Part shown: one piece after another, positions 42,395 to 55,869 of the stretch
Layout: the number at the start of each line of letters is the position of its first letter
How positions within the stretch are numbered: the stretch's first letter is position 1
Assembly (NCBI GenBank): GCA_964016885.1
Contig: OZ024745.1
Location: forward strand, 14,880,001 to 14,944,000
DNA from: Eledone cirrhosa
Taxonomy: Eukaryota
Reading direction: 5' to 3'
DNA length: 64,000 nt
The notes under the pieces: generated by a model
What the model was told of the DNA's origin: nothing
The model's input: the letters and a program-made list of their open reading frames with translations, nothing else
The model's database searches: none
Position numbers and translations under genes: made by a program

Positions 42395-42450
42395 ACTGCT
42401 ATATATATTTCGATGATAGCCATTGAATGGCTATGAACTCATCAGGCAGT
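42395..42450 (-). ncRNA. Minimal type-I hammerhead ribozyme motif
   Basis: ACTGC-CTGATGA-[ATAGCCA/TGGCTAT stem II]-GAAA-TATATA-TA-GCAGT. Confidence 0.8.
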
Positions 42451-43883
42451 TAGTCAGTTCTTAGATATGCCAGCTCTGTGTTTATAGTGTTGATGGTATC
42501 AGAGCCTTGGGACATATCTATATATATATATATGTAGATAAATATACAGCTCAGCGCTTCAAACGTTTGATGCATTACTTACAATGTTGTAGACTTTCAA
42601 AAGCTTAACGAATTAACATTGACGGTGATTGTTGAAAGAATTGGTTTAGCCGAATGGTTAGATCAGACGGGAGGCTTGAATGCATGGGCGTCTACTGGTC
42701 TTCCACAAAAACATCTTGCCCTGACTTTGGTCCTCAGATGGGGAACTTTCTAGGTGTAAAGCCTATGGACATTCGTGATAGAAGAGGATTTCTCTACCTA
42801 TATTTCTATAAACCTATGTGTTACATTCACCTATTTACAATATATTTCAATTAGTAGGAGATTTGTCTGAACGAACAAATTGATAACTATCTGCGAAACC
42901 GATGGAGATCCATTTAAAATAACTTTGTCTGCTGCCTATACCAAGGAGATTATGTTCCTCAATTCATATGTGCTTCTGATTTCAGGTCGATCAAGTTCAA
43001 TGTTCCCATTAATTGTTGTTTACTACTATCGTCTGAACAAACAAGGCGGTAGAGGAAACATTGCCGTACATTAGCTGCTGCACTTGCTGCAGTTGCCATT
43101 ATTATTGATAATGGTCTAGATGGAAGTCAAAATCGTGATATCAAGTAATCTGAGATATTGCTTTACTTATTACAGTCTCCAAATGTAAATCGGTTCAAGC
43201 ATTGAGACATTAATAAAGTCCAATCTTTATAAGCTAGAACTATGATATACACATTTCATTATTGATCAACAGCAATTTTCTGAAATTGTTGAGTAAAATT
43301 GCTTAACAGCAAACTCAATGAAAAATATAATCGTCTACATAGCAGAACCCGCAAGAATTTTAAATAGAAATGTGTTTATTCCATTTAACTCATGAAAAAC
43401 TGTCGTTTGTATAATCAGAAAGTTTTGAAGATAGAACAGAATTTGTGTAATATTCAATCTTCAATCATTAGAATTTTCTCAATCATCATTTGAGTTGATG
43501 AAAGTTGCAGAAGATAAACTATTACTTTTATCGCAGAACATTAGAAATATTTATATGGAATAGAATAATCTACTTAGTAATGCGTTCAGCTTTATTGCTA
43601 AAGTTTGCAAATAAACTGTAACACCTCCAGAAAATTTCCTCTGAAAATTTCTTACCCTATTGTTAAGAGTATATAATCACGTACAGACAAATACACAATC
43701 ATACACACACACATACACACATACACACACACATACACACACATACATACACACACATACACACATACACACACACATACATATATATATATTTATATAC
43801 ATACATACATAGACGCACATATATATATATATATATATATATATGTATAAATGTCTGTCTGTATGTATGTATATATATGTATA

Positions 43884-43974
<91 letters not shown>

Positions 43975-44109
43975 AGTATATGTTGGTTGTATACCAACAC
44001 CTCAGTATGCAGGCTGGAGCACTCGACGAGTGCGCAGGTTGGTTTGGTTACTCCGGAATAATGTAAAATAAAGTAAAATAAAAAGTCAAATGTCTAAAAT
44101 TTAATGTTT

Positions 44110-45860
44110 AAAGTTTAAAATTTAAAATTTAGCTTCGTTTATTACTGCTATATATATTTCGGTGACAGCCATCTTTGGCTGTGACCTCTTCAGGCAGTCC
44201 GAATTAGTGTGGTATAGATAAGTACATATGTTGTTGAGGTGTATAATTTTGTCAATACTCTGATATGCTCAGTTCCTGGTTGGGTTGTTATTTCACTGAG
44301 GAACTGGAATCATATGAATTCAAACAAACGAATTTCAGTGCAAAGGGCCTCTTCTCCTCTCATTGGTCAGTTGTTAAAACATTCCTCATTCAAAAGTCTA
44401 TAGAAATTCGTTCTGAGGCAAGCCAATCTGTAGTTGTTGTTCTTGTTATTGTTAGGTACATCTGACCTCAATTCTAGTGTTGGTAGTGTTGTTATTGTTG
44501 GAGTTAGCTTAAAAAATTGATAAAGTGGTAGAAGGAAGAAGGTGGTAAAGGAACAAAATAATAAAAAAATGTCAAACTTCCCATTGGTCAGTTTTGAGAG
44601 CATTCCTCAGTCAGAAGTCTATAGAAATTCTTTCTGGGATGAGGCTCCCTGTAGTATTTGTGTTTGCTATTGTTAAGTACATCTGACCTCTACCCTTATT
44701 TCGGTAGTGTTGTTGGTGTTGTGGTCAGCTTATGTCTTGCTGCTGCTGACAATTTAGAAGTATCTGTGTGTGTTTTTTCATCCCTCCTGCCACCATCTCC
44801 CGTGGCGGTGGTGGTGGCGGGGGGGGGGGATTCTTCCATGTATATGAAGAAATATAAGGCAATAAATGAAGAAGACATAAAAAAAATAATAAATAGAGAA
44901 TAAAGAATAAATGAAAAATTGGTGAAAAAGTAATGAAAATGAATATGGAGAAGTGAAAAATGAAATGAATATTCAAATAAAGTAGGATAAAGTGTGTGTG
45001 TGCTATAACCAATCTCAAGGTCAGAAATATGTTGGATAGATTGGTATGAGGAACAAGATGTTAAAATAATAAAAGAATAAGATAATCAAACAAAATGTGT
45101 TTGTGTTATAATCAATCTCAACTTAAAAATAAATATAAGGTGATACAGTGAAGAGAACAGAAAACAAATAACAAATTAATAAAGAGAAATCAAGATTTAA
45201 AATTGAAAATTGAAAATCAGAAATCAAGTAAATTAAAATGTGTCTGTGTTATATAGATGTTGGCCAAATTATAATGGCTGTGTCCGATTCAATCTCTAGG
45301 CTATCATGGTGTCTGCTCAGCTTCGGTTGTTCCCTATGGCTTAAGGGGAGTTCTCAACCTAGGGTGTTGTTACTGCCCATATAGCTTGAGGGAGGTCTGG
45401 CCGAGAAGTGTCTACATGTTCTGGAGAAGTCCCTATAGCTTGAGGGGAGTTCATATCTTCTTGTGTTGCTACTGTCCATATATCTTGAGGTGTCTGCATG
45501 TCCCGAAGAAGTCGGTTCTGAGGTTTATCAGGCCGCTTCCACCTCTTAGTATCTCGAGGGTCTCGTTCAGGCATAGTTTGCATATGCAAGATCCACCTTT
45601 ATCGGGTGGTACTTTCCTGATTATCTACCAGGCCAGAGAGTACGGGGTCCTGTCCAGCTTAAGCTTCCATACCAGGTCGGAGAGAGCCGTGCTTTTCCTT
45701 TTGGCCTCCTTATTGAATGAATGGCGATGGTTGTACCAGCGGTCTTTAAAGCTCGTTGATGTGGCTCCTATGTAGAGGTGTTCAGAGTTGGGGGTTTTAC
45801 GCTGGTAGCGATTGGCTGAACTAGCCAAACAACGTACGGAGAATGTATCCATGAGCCCTC
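44110..45860 (-). mobile_element. Penelope-like element fragment (second family): GIY-YIG plus long 3' region
   Basis: LYIGATSTSFKDRWYNHRHSF...STALSDLVWKLK...W*II...CKLCLNE at ~45560-45850. Internal tandem duplications (44361-44500 / 44582-44720; ~40-bp units at 45330-45500). Sense-strand hammerhead at the distal end. Confidence 0.75.
44144..44198 (-). ncRNA. Minimal type-I hammerhead ribozyme motif
   Basis: ACTGC-CTGAAGA-GGTCACAGCCA/TGGCTGTCACC-GAAA-TATATA-TA-GCAGT. Confidence 0.85.
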
Positions 45861-47001
45861 GGAATGTAGGTCATTATAATACCCCCTATTTAGTCTGCAA
45901 GACGATATATAAAATTGAATCAGCAGGAAAAATGCTGAAAGTGAGCACATCAATGAAAAAAATTAAACAAAAGAATGCATGGCAGAATAAAAATTGAGGC
46001 GTTCAGGGTCATGTTGAGCCGCTGTGTCAAATGACTAGCTGTTTTGCTATTCATGCGTCACCACTATGATAAAGTCTGACATGGGAAAAGTTGCTGTTCT
46101 TGCATTAAATGTTAGCTGTCATGGTAAGTGTTGCACTAGAGCTGTGGATGAAGCTGTTATGGTAGTTTACCAGTAGCTGTTGTCAATGATGGTGTTGTTC
46201 ATGCTTTACCAGAGCTGTATAGCTGTTATGTCAACTGTTATACCAGAGCTGTATAGCTGGAGCTGTTATCAACAAGAAATGTTTTACATGGTGTTGATAC
46301 AATGCAATACAAGAAAGCTTGCGTGTTGTTCTTTTTAAAAATACTACTTCTATTTTTGTTTTTCAAGGAACATTTAGTTTCTACGGCTGGGTCATCAATT
46401 TAGAAGGGAAAAATGAACTTTAAAGAAGACGGCCGGCGCCATCTTGGAATTTCGAGATACAGTAAAAAAAGAATATTACAACTCACGATGTCGCGTACAT
46501 GGAATAATTTCCCGAGAAATCCATATGAATTTCGTTTTATATATACATATAAATATATATCTAAGTATATATAAATATGTGTGTGTGTATGCGCGTGTGT
46601 GTGAATGTATGTATGGACGTATGCTTATATATATGTGTGTGTGTATATGTATGTGTGTATGTAAGTATATATATATGTATGCAAGTATGTATGTATGTGT
46701 AGTTTCATTGACAGCAGAAACACACTCAAGTAGATACAAACACACAACTATATTTTCACGGACATGAATATATAACTATACATATCTTTACACACATGTA
46801 CACATGTGTTTCATTATGTTATGTTTCGGTATGGCTTTACAATTCTTACAATTTATATTTACTGTGAAACATCTCTGATGTCAAGTGAATGTTTCCTCAC
46901 AAACACACACATACACACACATACATACACATACTCACCGACACAGACACACACACACACGCAAACCCACATACACACACAAACCCACCGACACACACAC
47001 A

Positions 47002-47040
<39 letters not shown>

Positions 47041-47204
47041 CAGCAAGCATTTATTTTGAAACTGGTTAGACCATTACTGAACAAAGTACTCGATACTTGG
47101 GATAGTAGAATATGGATATATAATAAAGAGTCGGGACCTGAATCTGGAACTAGCTATTGAAACGGCATGAGGTCAGTTTTCGGGTCCCGACTATTTATTA
47201 TATA

Positions 47205-47248
<44 letters not shown>

Positions 47249-47301
47249 ATTTAACACTTCACTGCTCGCAAGTGTTTTTTAAGCTTCATATCATGTCTCC
47301 C

Positions 47302-47372
47302 TATTTTATCTGATGATAACGCAAATATCATCCCATGATGATATTTGTTTTTGAAATGCGCATAATAAAATA
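47302..47372 (+). ncRNA. Minimal type-I hammerhead ribozyme motif
   Basis: TATTTTAT-CTGATGA-[GCAAATATCATC/GATGATATTTGT]-GAAA-TGCGCA-TA-ATAAAATA. Confidence 0.8.
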
Positions 47373-47409
47373 CTTGGAACTCTTTTAACCATCTTTTGAT
47401 CTTATATTA

Positions 47410-47513
<104 letters not shown>

Positions 47514-47514
47514 A

Positions 47515-47545
<31 letters not shown>

Positions 47546-47733
47546 TAAAATAACAGATTAAAGTTTAAGCAAACAATCGCTGTTTTCACCCTTATTGAGC
47601 TCTCTTTGGATTTTAGTCTTCTAATGTATTATTATTACTATATATATATACATATATATAATAATATACTCTGCTCTGCGCGAGCATCGAGTGCTCAACC
47701 GGCATACCGTCAATAGACACATTTACCTGAAAC

Positions 47734-47794
<61 letters not shown>

Positions 47795-47844
47795 ATGTAT
47801 ATACGATATTAAACAAATGGAAACTATATTTATAAAACCATATT

Positions 47845-47910
47845 TATTTCATTATACATATTTCGGGGATACCATATTAAAAATATGGCATGCCTTCTTC
47901 AGATAAAATA
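47845..47910 (-). ncRNA. Minimal type-I hammerhead ribozyme motif
   Basis: TATTTTAT-CTGAAGA-[ATGCCATATT/AATATGGTAT]-GAAA-TATGTA-TA-ATGAAATA. Confidence 0.75.
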
Positions 47911-48925
47911 CAACATATAAACAGTTTTATAAATAATTTTGACGTACCATAAATATTGAGCAACCGTTATGTAGGAAGCCGGTTTGGTAGTGAGATGTTT
48001 ATAAATATTTAGTGTTAAGCACAGTTAAAAAGAAAGACGGAGAAAAAGAAGAAATGTATGTAAAGAAAAACAGAGAGAAATAGAGAGAGATAGGGGAGAG
48101 AGAAATAGTGAGGAGGTGAAAAAAGAGAGGCAGCTGAGGGCAACAGATGAATAATAATAATTCATCATACAAATTGAGAGATTTAGGAGGGAGTACTGTA
48201 ATTATTTAGTTATAGTGTTAAGGACAGTTAGGGAGGAGACGGAGAGAAATAAAAAATGAAGAGAAAACAGAGAGAGAGAAAGATAGAGGTGGGGGGAAAA
48301 AAGAAAGAGGTAGACCAAATAATAATAATTATATAGGGGGAGGTGAAAATCAAGAGAGAAATAGGAGAGAAATAAGTGAGAAACTTGAGAGGCAAAGTCA
48401 AAACAACAGATACATAGACTTCATCATATATAAAGAGGGAGGAGAAGAAAGAGCTATATCTAGAGAGAGGGATGATAGATTTACATCTTTACGTTATGTC
48501 CTATCAATTTGAATTATCAATTCATATGAACTGGGTAATATAATGTAAATATCAATATTCATGAATGAGACATAGATATATAATGTGTGAAAATAATTTT
48601 GCTCAATAATGACCATATGTTTAGTTTAAAATACTGAGGTCGATGTACCAAAAACTGAGATAAAACTTCAAAAAAATACGGAAATATATAAGTATATACA
48701 TACACATGCATATGCACTTTCCGGAAAAGGAAAGAAAAAGAGAAAGAGAAGGTCATCTCAAGTTCTAGTTGATATTATAGACATACCCATGATTTTACGT
48801 GATCAACTCTGTAATTTCTTGTTTCACAAAAAAATTTTTTTTTCCTTGTGTTATAAAAGATTTCGAGTGCTTTATATCAGTTATAAAATATTTACTTGCA
48901 ACCCAACAATTTTAAATAAAACTTT

Positions 48926-48998
<73 letters not shown>

Positions 48999-49122
48999 AG
49001 AAGGTGAGTAATATTGTAGAACAATAAAACTATGCATATATCAGATAAGTAGCACTCAACAGTTGGTAGAACTGGAGTATATATTAAAGAAGAAATTAAA
49101 AGATGGTTAAAGAAGTTCCATA

Positions 49123-49192
49123 TATTTTATTATGCGCATTTCGAAAACAACATTATCCGGGGACAAAAATTGTGTTCTCATCAGATAAAATA
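49123..49192 (-). ncRNA. Minimal type-I hammerhead ribozyme motif
   Basis: TATTTTAT-CTGATGA-GAACACAA...TTGTTTTC-GAAA-TGCGCA-TA-ATAAAATA. Confidence 0.8.
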
Positions 49193-49261
49193 ATGTAGCA
49201 TGATATGAGGCCTAAATACACTTGTCAACAGGAAAGTGCAATATATATATATATATATAAC

Positions 49262-49435
49262 TGTTTCACAAGGTCAGGAAATACCCAGTGCATTACTGGT
49301 ACTTTATTTTATCGACCCCGTAAGGATGAAAGGCAAAGTTAACCTCAGCGGGATTTAAACTCAGATCGTTAAGGGACGTAACTATGCTGGAAAGCATGGT
49401 AACCGACCCTCTACCGAAACTGCCAATCCACCGCC
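49262..49435 (-). mobile_element. SINE family 1
   Basis: Near-identical to 41855-42016. Confidence 0.9.
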
Positions 49436-49510
49436 AATCCACGTTATATATATATATATATATATATACAATATATTAACAAATAGAAACTATATTTATA
49501 AAACCATATT

Positions 49511-49576
49511 TATTTCATTATACATGTTTCAAGGGCCACCAAGGCAAACTATGGTGCGCTTTCATCAGATAAAATA
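49511..49576 (-). ncRNA. Minimal type-I hammerhead ribozyme motif
   Basis: TATTTTAT-CTGATGA-AAG..CACCA/TGGTG..CTT-GAAA-CATGTA-TA-ATGAAATA. Confidence 0.75.
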
Positions 49577-49879
49577 TAATATAGGTTAGTTTTATAAATA
49601 AATATTGACATATATTTGGTAATATATTGTATATTTACTCCAATAATTTGTTGAGTGCTTTATATCAGTTATAAAAATATTTTGCTTGTTGTATCCCAAC
49701 AAATTAAATATAACCTCTACATATATATATATATATATATATATATAACGGCGATGAATTAGCTTTGCGAGGTTTTTGATATAAAATCGTGTGTCGAAAC
49801 AAATATTGTTATACTTGGGGGGGGGGGTCATATTTGTGTAATAATATTGCCAGAATTAATAACAGAACACACTCACTGT

Positions 49880-50345
49880 TTGGTTAGTTTTCGCTTCTGT
49901 GTCTTTTATATCGGTTAATTTAATTTATTCGGTCCTCAATGTTACCATTGACTGACCAACGGTCAAAAATACAGATACAGTATAGACACAAACACATATA
50001 TATAGTCTAACAAAGTTCTTTCGTTGCACATCTGCAACATCGTCAGTGGTGCTATTATGTTTCCTCCCGTTGTATTGTATGCCTACGCCATCTTTATTTA
50101 TTCTGTTTATTTATTTATTTATTTGTCTTCTCTGCGCATGCGTTTGCGTGTGTGTATAGTGTTTTGTTTGATGTATGTTCGTGTTTGGGTGACTGTGTAT
50201 TGGTTATTGTATTCTATCTTAGTTTACTAGTGTGTGTTTATATGTTCTTTGTTATTGTGCTTGTGTATGTATTTATTTATTTATTTATAGTTCTCTTAGG
50301 TCAGTGTTGTTTGTTTGGGTGTTGTTGTTATTCCATTCATTTTTT
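49880..50345 (-). mobile_element. Solo Penelope pseudo-LTR with hammerhead core (50009-50050)
   Basis: Reverse complement of ~61660-62120; contains CTGACGA-T-GTTGCA/TGCAAC-GAAA-GAAC-TT. Confidence 0.85.
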
Positions 50346-50556
50346 CTGTTTAGCAAGCAGTGAGTGTGTTCTGTTATTAATTCTGGCAATATTATTACAC
50401 AAATAGGACCCTCCCAAAGTATAACAATATATATATATTAAAATAACAGATTACCGTTTAAGCAAAGAATCGCTGCTTTCACCCTTAACGGGATCTTCTG
50501 AAATATATTGCACTTTCCTGTTGACAAGTGTTTTTAGGCCTCATATCATGTTACCT

Positions 50557-50626
50557 TATTTTATCTGATGAGAACACAATTTTTGTCCTAGGATGATGTT
50601 GTTTTCGAAATGCGCATAATAAAATA
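50557..50626 (+). ncRNA. Minimal type-I hammerhead ribozyme motif
   Basis: Same family as 49123-49192, opposite strand; core and stem I intact. Confidence 0.8.
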
Positions 50627-50678
50627 TTGTAACTTTTTTAAACATCGTTTAATTTCTTCTTTAATATATACTCCAGTC

Positions 50679-50819
50679 ATTTATTAAAATTACAGATTAA
50701 CATTTAAGCAAATAATCGCTGCTTTCACCCTTAACGGGATCTTCTGAAACTCAGAAGATCCCGTTAAGGGTGACAGCAGTGATTCTTTGCTTAAACGTCA
50801 ATCTGTTATTTTAATAAAT
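50679..50819. repeat. ~140-bp fold-back palindrome of a dispersed repeat family
   Basis: Arms ...CACCCTTAACGGGATCTTCTGA-AAC-TCAGAAGATCCCGTTAAGGGTG...; single arms also at ~41293-41360, 47545-47595 and 50439-50503. Confidence 0.9.
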
Positions 50820-50912
50820 ATTTGCTCTACGGTTCTTATATATTTATCCTTATCGAGCCCTCTTTGCATTTTAGTCTTCAAATTTATTATTATTACTATA
50901 TATATATATATG

Positions 50913-50972
<60 letters not shown>

Positions 50973-51182
50973 GGTAACACATTGGTCCGGCAAACCAAAG
51001 ATGTGGGTTCGTGTCTCATGTATGTCACTACTCATCCTTTTTCCTATTCAGAGGGTTTTTTTTCTTAAATCCTAACAGACTGATTCTATGTAGTCAAATA
51101 TGGCGTAAGCACATGTTACTACGTAATTCTCAAACTCGCTAGCCCTTTCTAAACAAAGCTTGCTTTGTGTCTCCATATTTAT

Positions 51183-51317
<135 letters not shown>

Positions 51318-51949
51318 AACATATTCTTGCAAGGTGTTTCGGTGTTTCGTGACTTCCATTGCACGTCATTTGTTTTCTTGTCTGCTGCTAGACAGCTCGC
51401 TTACAATATCGTGCTACTTGTCATTATAGGATTAACCTCCAAAAACATTTATTATTTTTTCATTCCATCTGCTCCTGGATAAATTTATTGCACACTACCT
51501 TGTTTTCATTGCTTTTTTATTCAATTCGAATCACCCTGCGTTCTACATACAATTTTTATGTGAATTTTCTCTTGTTCTTTTGCATCTCATTTATATATCT
51601 TTTTACAAGAGTTTCACTTAAATGACAGAATCTCCGACAGTCTGCATGAAAAGAAGTATATAAGTCGATCATATTCTGCCTACTGGTTTGAAACTTGTAA
51701 AACATACGTATCCTCAGAAAATTAGGATATTGTGGGTGGACACTGCGTAGAGGAATAATCGGGATACTAGATTTTTTTGACGAAACTTGATGCATGCAAA
51801 CATGTATGTATGTATGTATTATGTATGTATGTATGTAAGAGTCAACGGCCATCCGAAAGTGTGTAAATATGTATATACACATGTACATATGTATGTGTAT
51901 GTGTATATGCATGGATGCATGTGTATGTATACGCGGGGACATAGAAATA

Positions 51950-52280
51950 GTCTGGCTGGACACCCGATCGCGCGGTTAAACCACTGGGAGTGAAGGACCC
52001 CTAGCCTTTGTCAGAGCATTCTTATAGGAGAAGGCAACTCGGGAAACTGGGATAACTCCGACATAAAACCTGCGGCTCAGTACTTACCGATGATGTTGAT
52101 CTTTTCTTCTTTTCGGGTTATAGCTACTATCGCTCAGAGAGTGGGATTGGCTCAGTGCACAGTCTTTCCTCACTTTAAAAAAATCTTCACGCACAGGCAT
52201 TGCACGATAGAATTAATTAATAATTATTAATAATGCTATATCGTGCAATGGCCATACTCGATAACGAGGGGGCAGCCATC
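51950..52280 (+). mobile_element. Short non-autonomous retroelement, probably RTE-related, ending in (ATGT)n
   Basis: TAGGAGAAGGCAACTC motif recalled from RTE 5' UTRs; hairpin CATTGCACGATA/TATCGTGCAATG; 3' stem-loop shared with 59195-59226. Confidence 0.45.
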
Positions 52281-52308
52281 ATGTATGTATGTATGTATGC
52301 ATGTATGT

Positions 52309-52631
52309 TCTTCTGGTTTTATAATTTCACAAAGTTTTACCAATAGAGAGAGAGTCGGTTTCTAACATAGATACAAGACTCTCTCATTGGAATTTACACA
52401 ACATCAACTAGGTAGATATGTATGTATGTCTGCATGCATGCATATGTAGATATGGATGTTATTGTATGTGTGGATGTGTATGTTTTGAGTTGTATGTGTG
52501 CATGTGTATATGCTTTGTATCTGTTATGCAGTTATTAGATGCAACATTTTTGGAATGTTTTACATATTTTTACTGTTCCATTAATGGATTGTACTTGTAA
52601 TTTCCTAACTAGTTGTGTTCTTTCTGTTCCT
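52309..52631 (-). mobile_element. R4/Dong-like LINE, short 3' terminal copy
   Basis: Duplicate of 52713-53028, flanked on both sides by (ATGT)n. Confidence 0.85.
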
Positions 52632-52712
52632 ATGTATGTATGTATGTATGTATGTATGTATGTATGTATGTATGTATGTATGTATGCATGCATGTATGTG
52701 TGTATGTATATA

Positions 52713-54034
52713 TCTTCTGGTTTTATAATTTCACAAATTGTTGCCAATAGAGAGAGAGTCGGTTTCTAACATAGTTACAAGACTCTTTCATTGGAATTTA
52801 CACATCAACTAGGTAGATATGTATGCATCTCTGCATGCATGTGTAGGTATGGATGTTATTGTACGTGTGGATTTGGATGTTTTGAGTTGTATGTGTGCAT
52901 GTGTATATGCTTTGTATCTGTACATGTGTATATGCAGTTATTAGATGCAAAATGTTTGGAATATTTTTACTGTTCCATTAATGGATTGTACTTATAATTT
53001 CCTAACTAGTTGTATTCTTTCTGTTCCTGTGAAGCTTAGCTTCTCAAGATTTGTATTGAGGCAGTTACTAACATACCCAAATGCCCCAATAATCACAGGC
53101 ATAAATCTAAGGTGTAATCAGATTTCTCATCAGTTCTGCATAAATATTATCCTTTTCGCTAATCTTTGATATTTTATTGGCATCTGCTGGGCAGCTAACT
53201 TCCACTACTGTGCATGCTTTCTTCTCCCTGTCCCATATCATAATATCTGGTCTGTTATGCCTGCATTTTATTGGGGGTTTTACTGGAAATTCCACCAGTA
53301 CTCTTTCATATTATGTATATGGATGTCTTCCACATTGCCGTAGGTTTTGATGTGTTTATTATCGGGGCTACCTGTTCTACGGATTGCATTGTAGAGTGTT
53401 TTTGCCACTACATCATACCTCATAGGTAGATAGTACTGTGATGACATCTTTGGACAGCTGCTGATGACATGGGTGACATCTTCGATGTTAATTCTGCAGA
53501 GTCTGCACTTGTTATCACATCTAGGTGTTTTCCCTGCATCCCTATCTATTTTGTGAATCAGGTATTTCGTGTTGATTTCCTGTTCTTGGATTGCAAACAC
53601 GTATCCTTCAAAGTGGGAGCCAATATAGAGGTTGTTGGTCCAAGATAGACTACTTTCCTTATCTATATTACTCTCACTCTGGAGCTTCCTGGCAACATAT
53701 CCATGCATCATTTTTTACTGATAAGCATGCAGTTTTTCATCCATGGATTCACTGCGATACTGCTGAGCGACTTCCCTGGGTGTGAGTTTTTGATTATCAC
53801 ACAGGGAATATCTCTCGAGGAGTTCCTTCCCAACTCCCATAATCTTATCTGTTTCATACAGATAGACTTGCTCGAGAGACGGGCTCCTACGCTTCGAGGT
53901 TCGTAGATGTCGTAGGTATATGATGCGACATTCAAATGCTGTCTGGACTGATGTTAGGCCTCTGCCTCCCTGCTTACGTTTCAAGTAAAGGCGGTTATGT
54001 CACTGTTGTTGTGGAAGTTTCCGGTGTTGTTTAG
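52713..54034 (-). mobile_element. R4/Dong-like site-specific LINE, 5'-truncated
   Basis: R..GGRGL; CCHC knuckle CRLC...EDVTHVISSC; REL motif HNRPDIMIWD...VVEVSCP...EK..Y..L; frameshifted; both ends abut (ATGT)n. Confidence 0.9.
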
Positions 54035-54902
54035 TATGTATGTATGTACGTATGTATGTATATATGTATGTATGTACGTATCTATGTATGTATGAATGTG
54101 TGCATGTACGTAGGCGTGTGTGTGAATGTATGTATACATGTATCTATGTGATTGTGAATGTATATTCCAAAGCAGATAGGAAATATCTAACCATGTTTGG
54201 GACAGCCAATGCGGTTTCAATGTAAAGAAATAAATGTAATAACATTGTTGAATCGTTTGATGATAGATCATTAATGGAAATATTATTGACTTTTAGATAG
54301 GTCATCAATAGTTCAGTACTGAAGTATGTAGTATGTTCAGTATGTATTGTGCAGTAAAGTTTACAATATTGATGTTTCGTAGCTAATTCAGTTCTTCAAA
54401 GATGATGACTCATAGCAATTGATAATGATATTCCAAAAGGTTTTTCCAACTGGTCACATAGGGTTTTATTTCAAGAATTTCCTTAATCTTAAATAACATC
54501 CCTATCTTAAAGCCATAGTTTAAAACTATGCCAACCATATTTTCTGAAGATTACTAGATACCTTATCAATGTATTTACCTATTTCTATATCTACACAAAA
54601 TACCTTATCCAGTTTTACAAAATGATAAATAATCACATAATGTAAAAATGTTTGCTCAGAACAATTTCATGCTCATGAAATGATGCTGACTAGATTTGCA
54701 TATCATTACCACGCAGGTAAAAAGGCGGTTCTATCTTGGTTAACGTATATAATTATGTTGACAAATGGAAAGGATCGTAAACTTTGGAGACTCGATAATG
54801 ACAGCACACTGGTGGTCAACTTAATTATAAAGGAAAACTAACATTAATGCACGATGACAGTTTGAATAAACACGCACACATACAAACATACATACACACA
54901 AA

Positions 54903-55027
<125 letters not shown>

Positions 55028-55289
55028 GAGAAATACACACATTTTTTTTCTTCTAATGTTAGCGATGACACTGGGTAAAAATTGCGTAGCCTCTGTTGAT
55101 ATTCCGTCAAGAGTTACTCAGTGTTGTTCACTGCCACGAAGATCCCACTGTCTCCACACTGAACCTTACTAATACAGATTAGCGGAAGTCTTACGAGACT
55201 TAGGGATTGTCAAAAGTTCGATTCATACTAGGAAGGAATAAGAAAGGAGAAACTAAAAAGCCACCGAATAATTAATCATAGGAATCTGA

Positions 55290-55510
55290 AAGATATAAAT
55301 GCGAAAGCAAAGGCTATCTATAATGAATGATCTAAGATATAAAAGATCAGACGCCCGAAATTAAACTCGATTTAAGGTTGAGTGCCCTTTCTAAGTCAGA
55401 CGTAGGCAGAGTTAGCAAAGCAATTATTGAGAGGTTTATATCTGAACTAAGGGAAAATATGATTTAAGATAATAATTATACACTAATGAAGTTATCGACT
55501 GGTTCTGTGT
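55290..55510 (+). mobile_element. Penelope-like RT N-terminal fragment, decayed
   Basis: SKSDVGRVSKAIIERF...TNEVIDWF resembles the Penelope RT N-terminal block; stops and frameshifts present. Confidence 0.55.
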
Positions 55511-55838
55511 ATTGAGAAGGTAACAAGATGAGAGTTACGAAAAGGTCATGATATACATTAACTAAACATTCAACCTGTCAGCGGCATCAAATAGGCAGAG
55601 AGGAAGAACTACCTCACTCAATGACGACAGCATGGCGCCCAGAAACTTATACCGGAATTTTATCAAATTTAATGACCCTACCGAGACGCAACTTTTCTCG
55701 CCCTCACTTATTCATTAGCAGTTCCCTAATTATCAACATTACCACAGCAGCTTCTTGTTTTTCGCTTATTCTCCAATATATTTTGATGGAATAGATGGGT
55801 TTACGTCTTATAATGTAGAATTAAGTCAAGTAATAGAT

Positions 55839-55839
<1 letters not shown>

Positions 55840-55869
<30 letters not shown>

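Noticed and set aside
50968-51025. tRNA-like sequence with a TTGGT/ACCAA anticodon arm and a GGTTCG box
   Set aside because: The 5' acceptor strand is replaced by (TA)n and there is no full cloverleaf; more likely a SINE head fragment than a tRNA gene.
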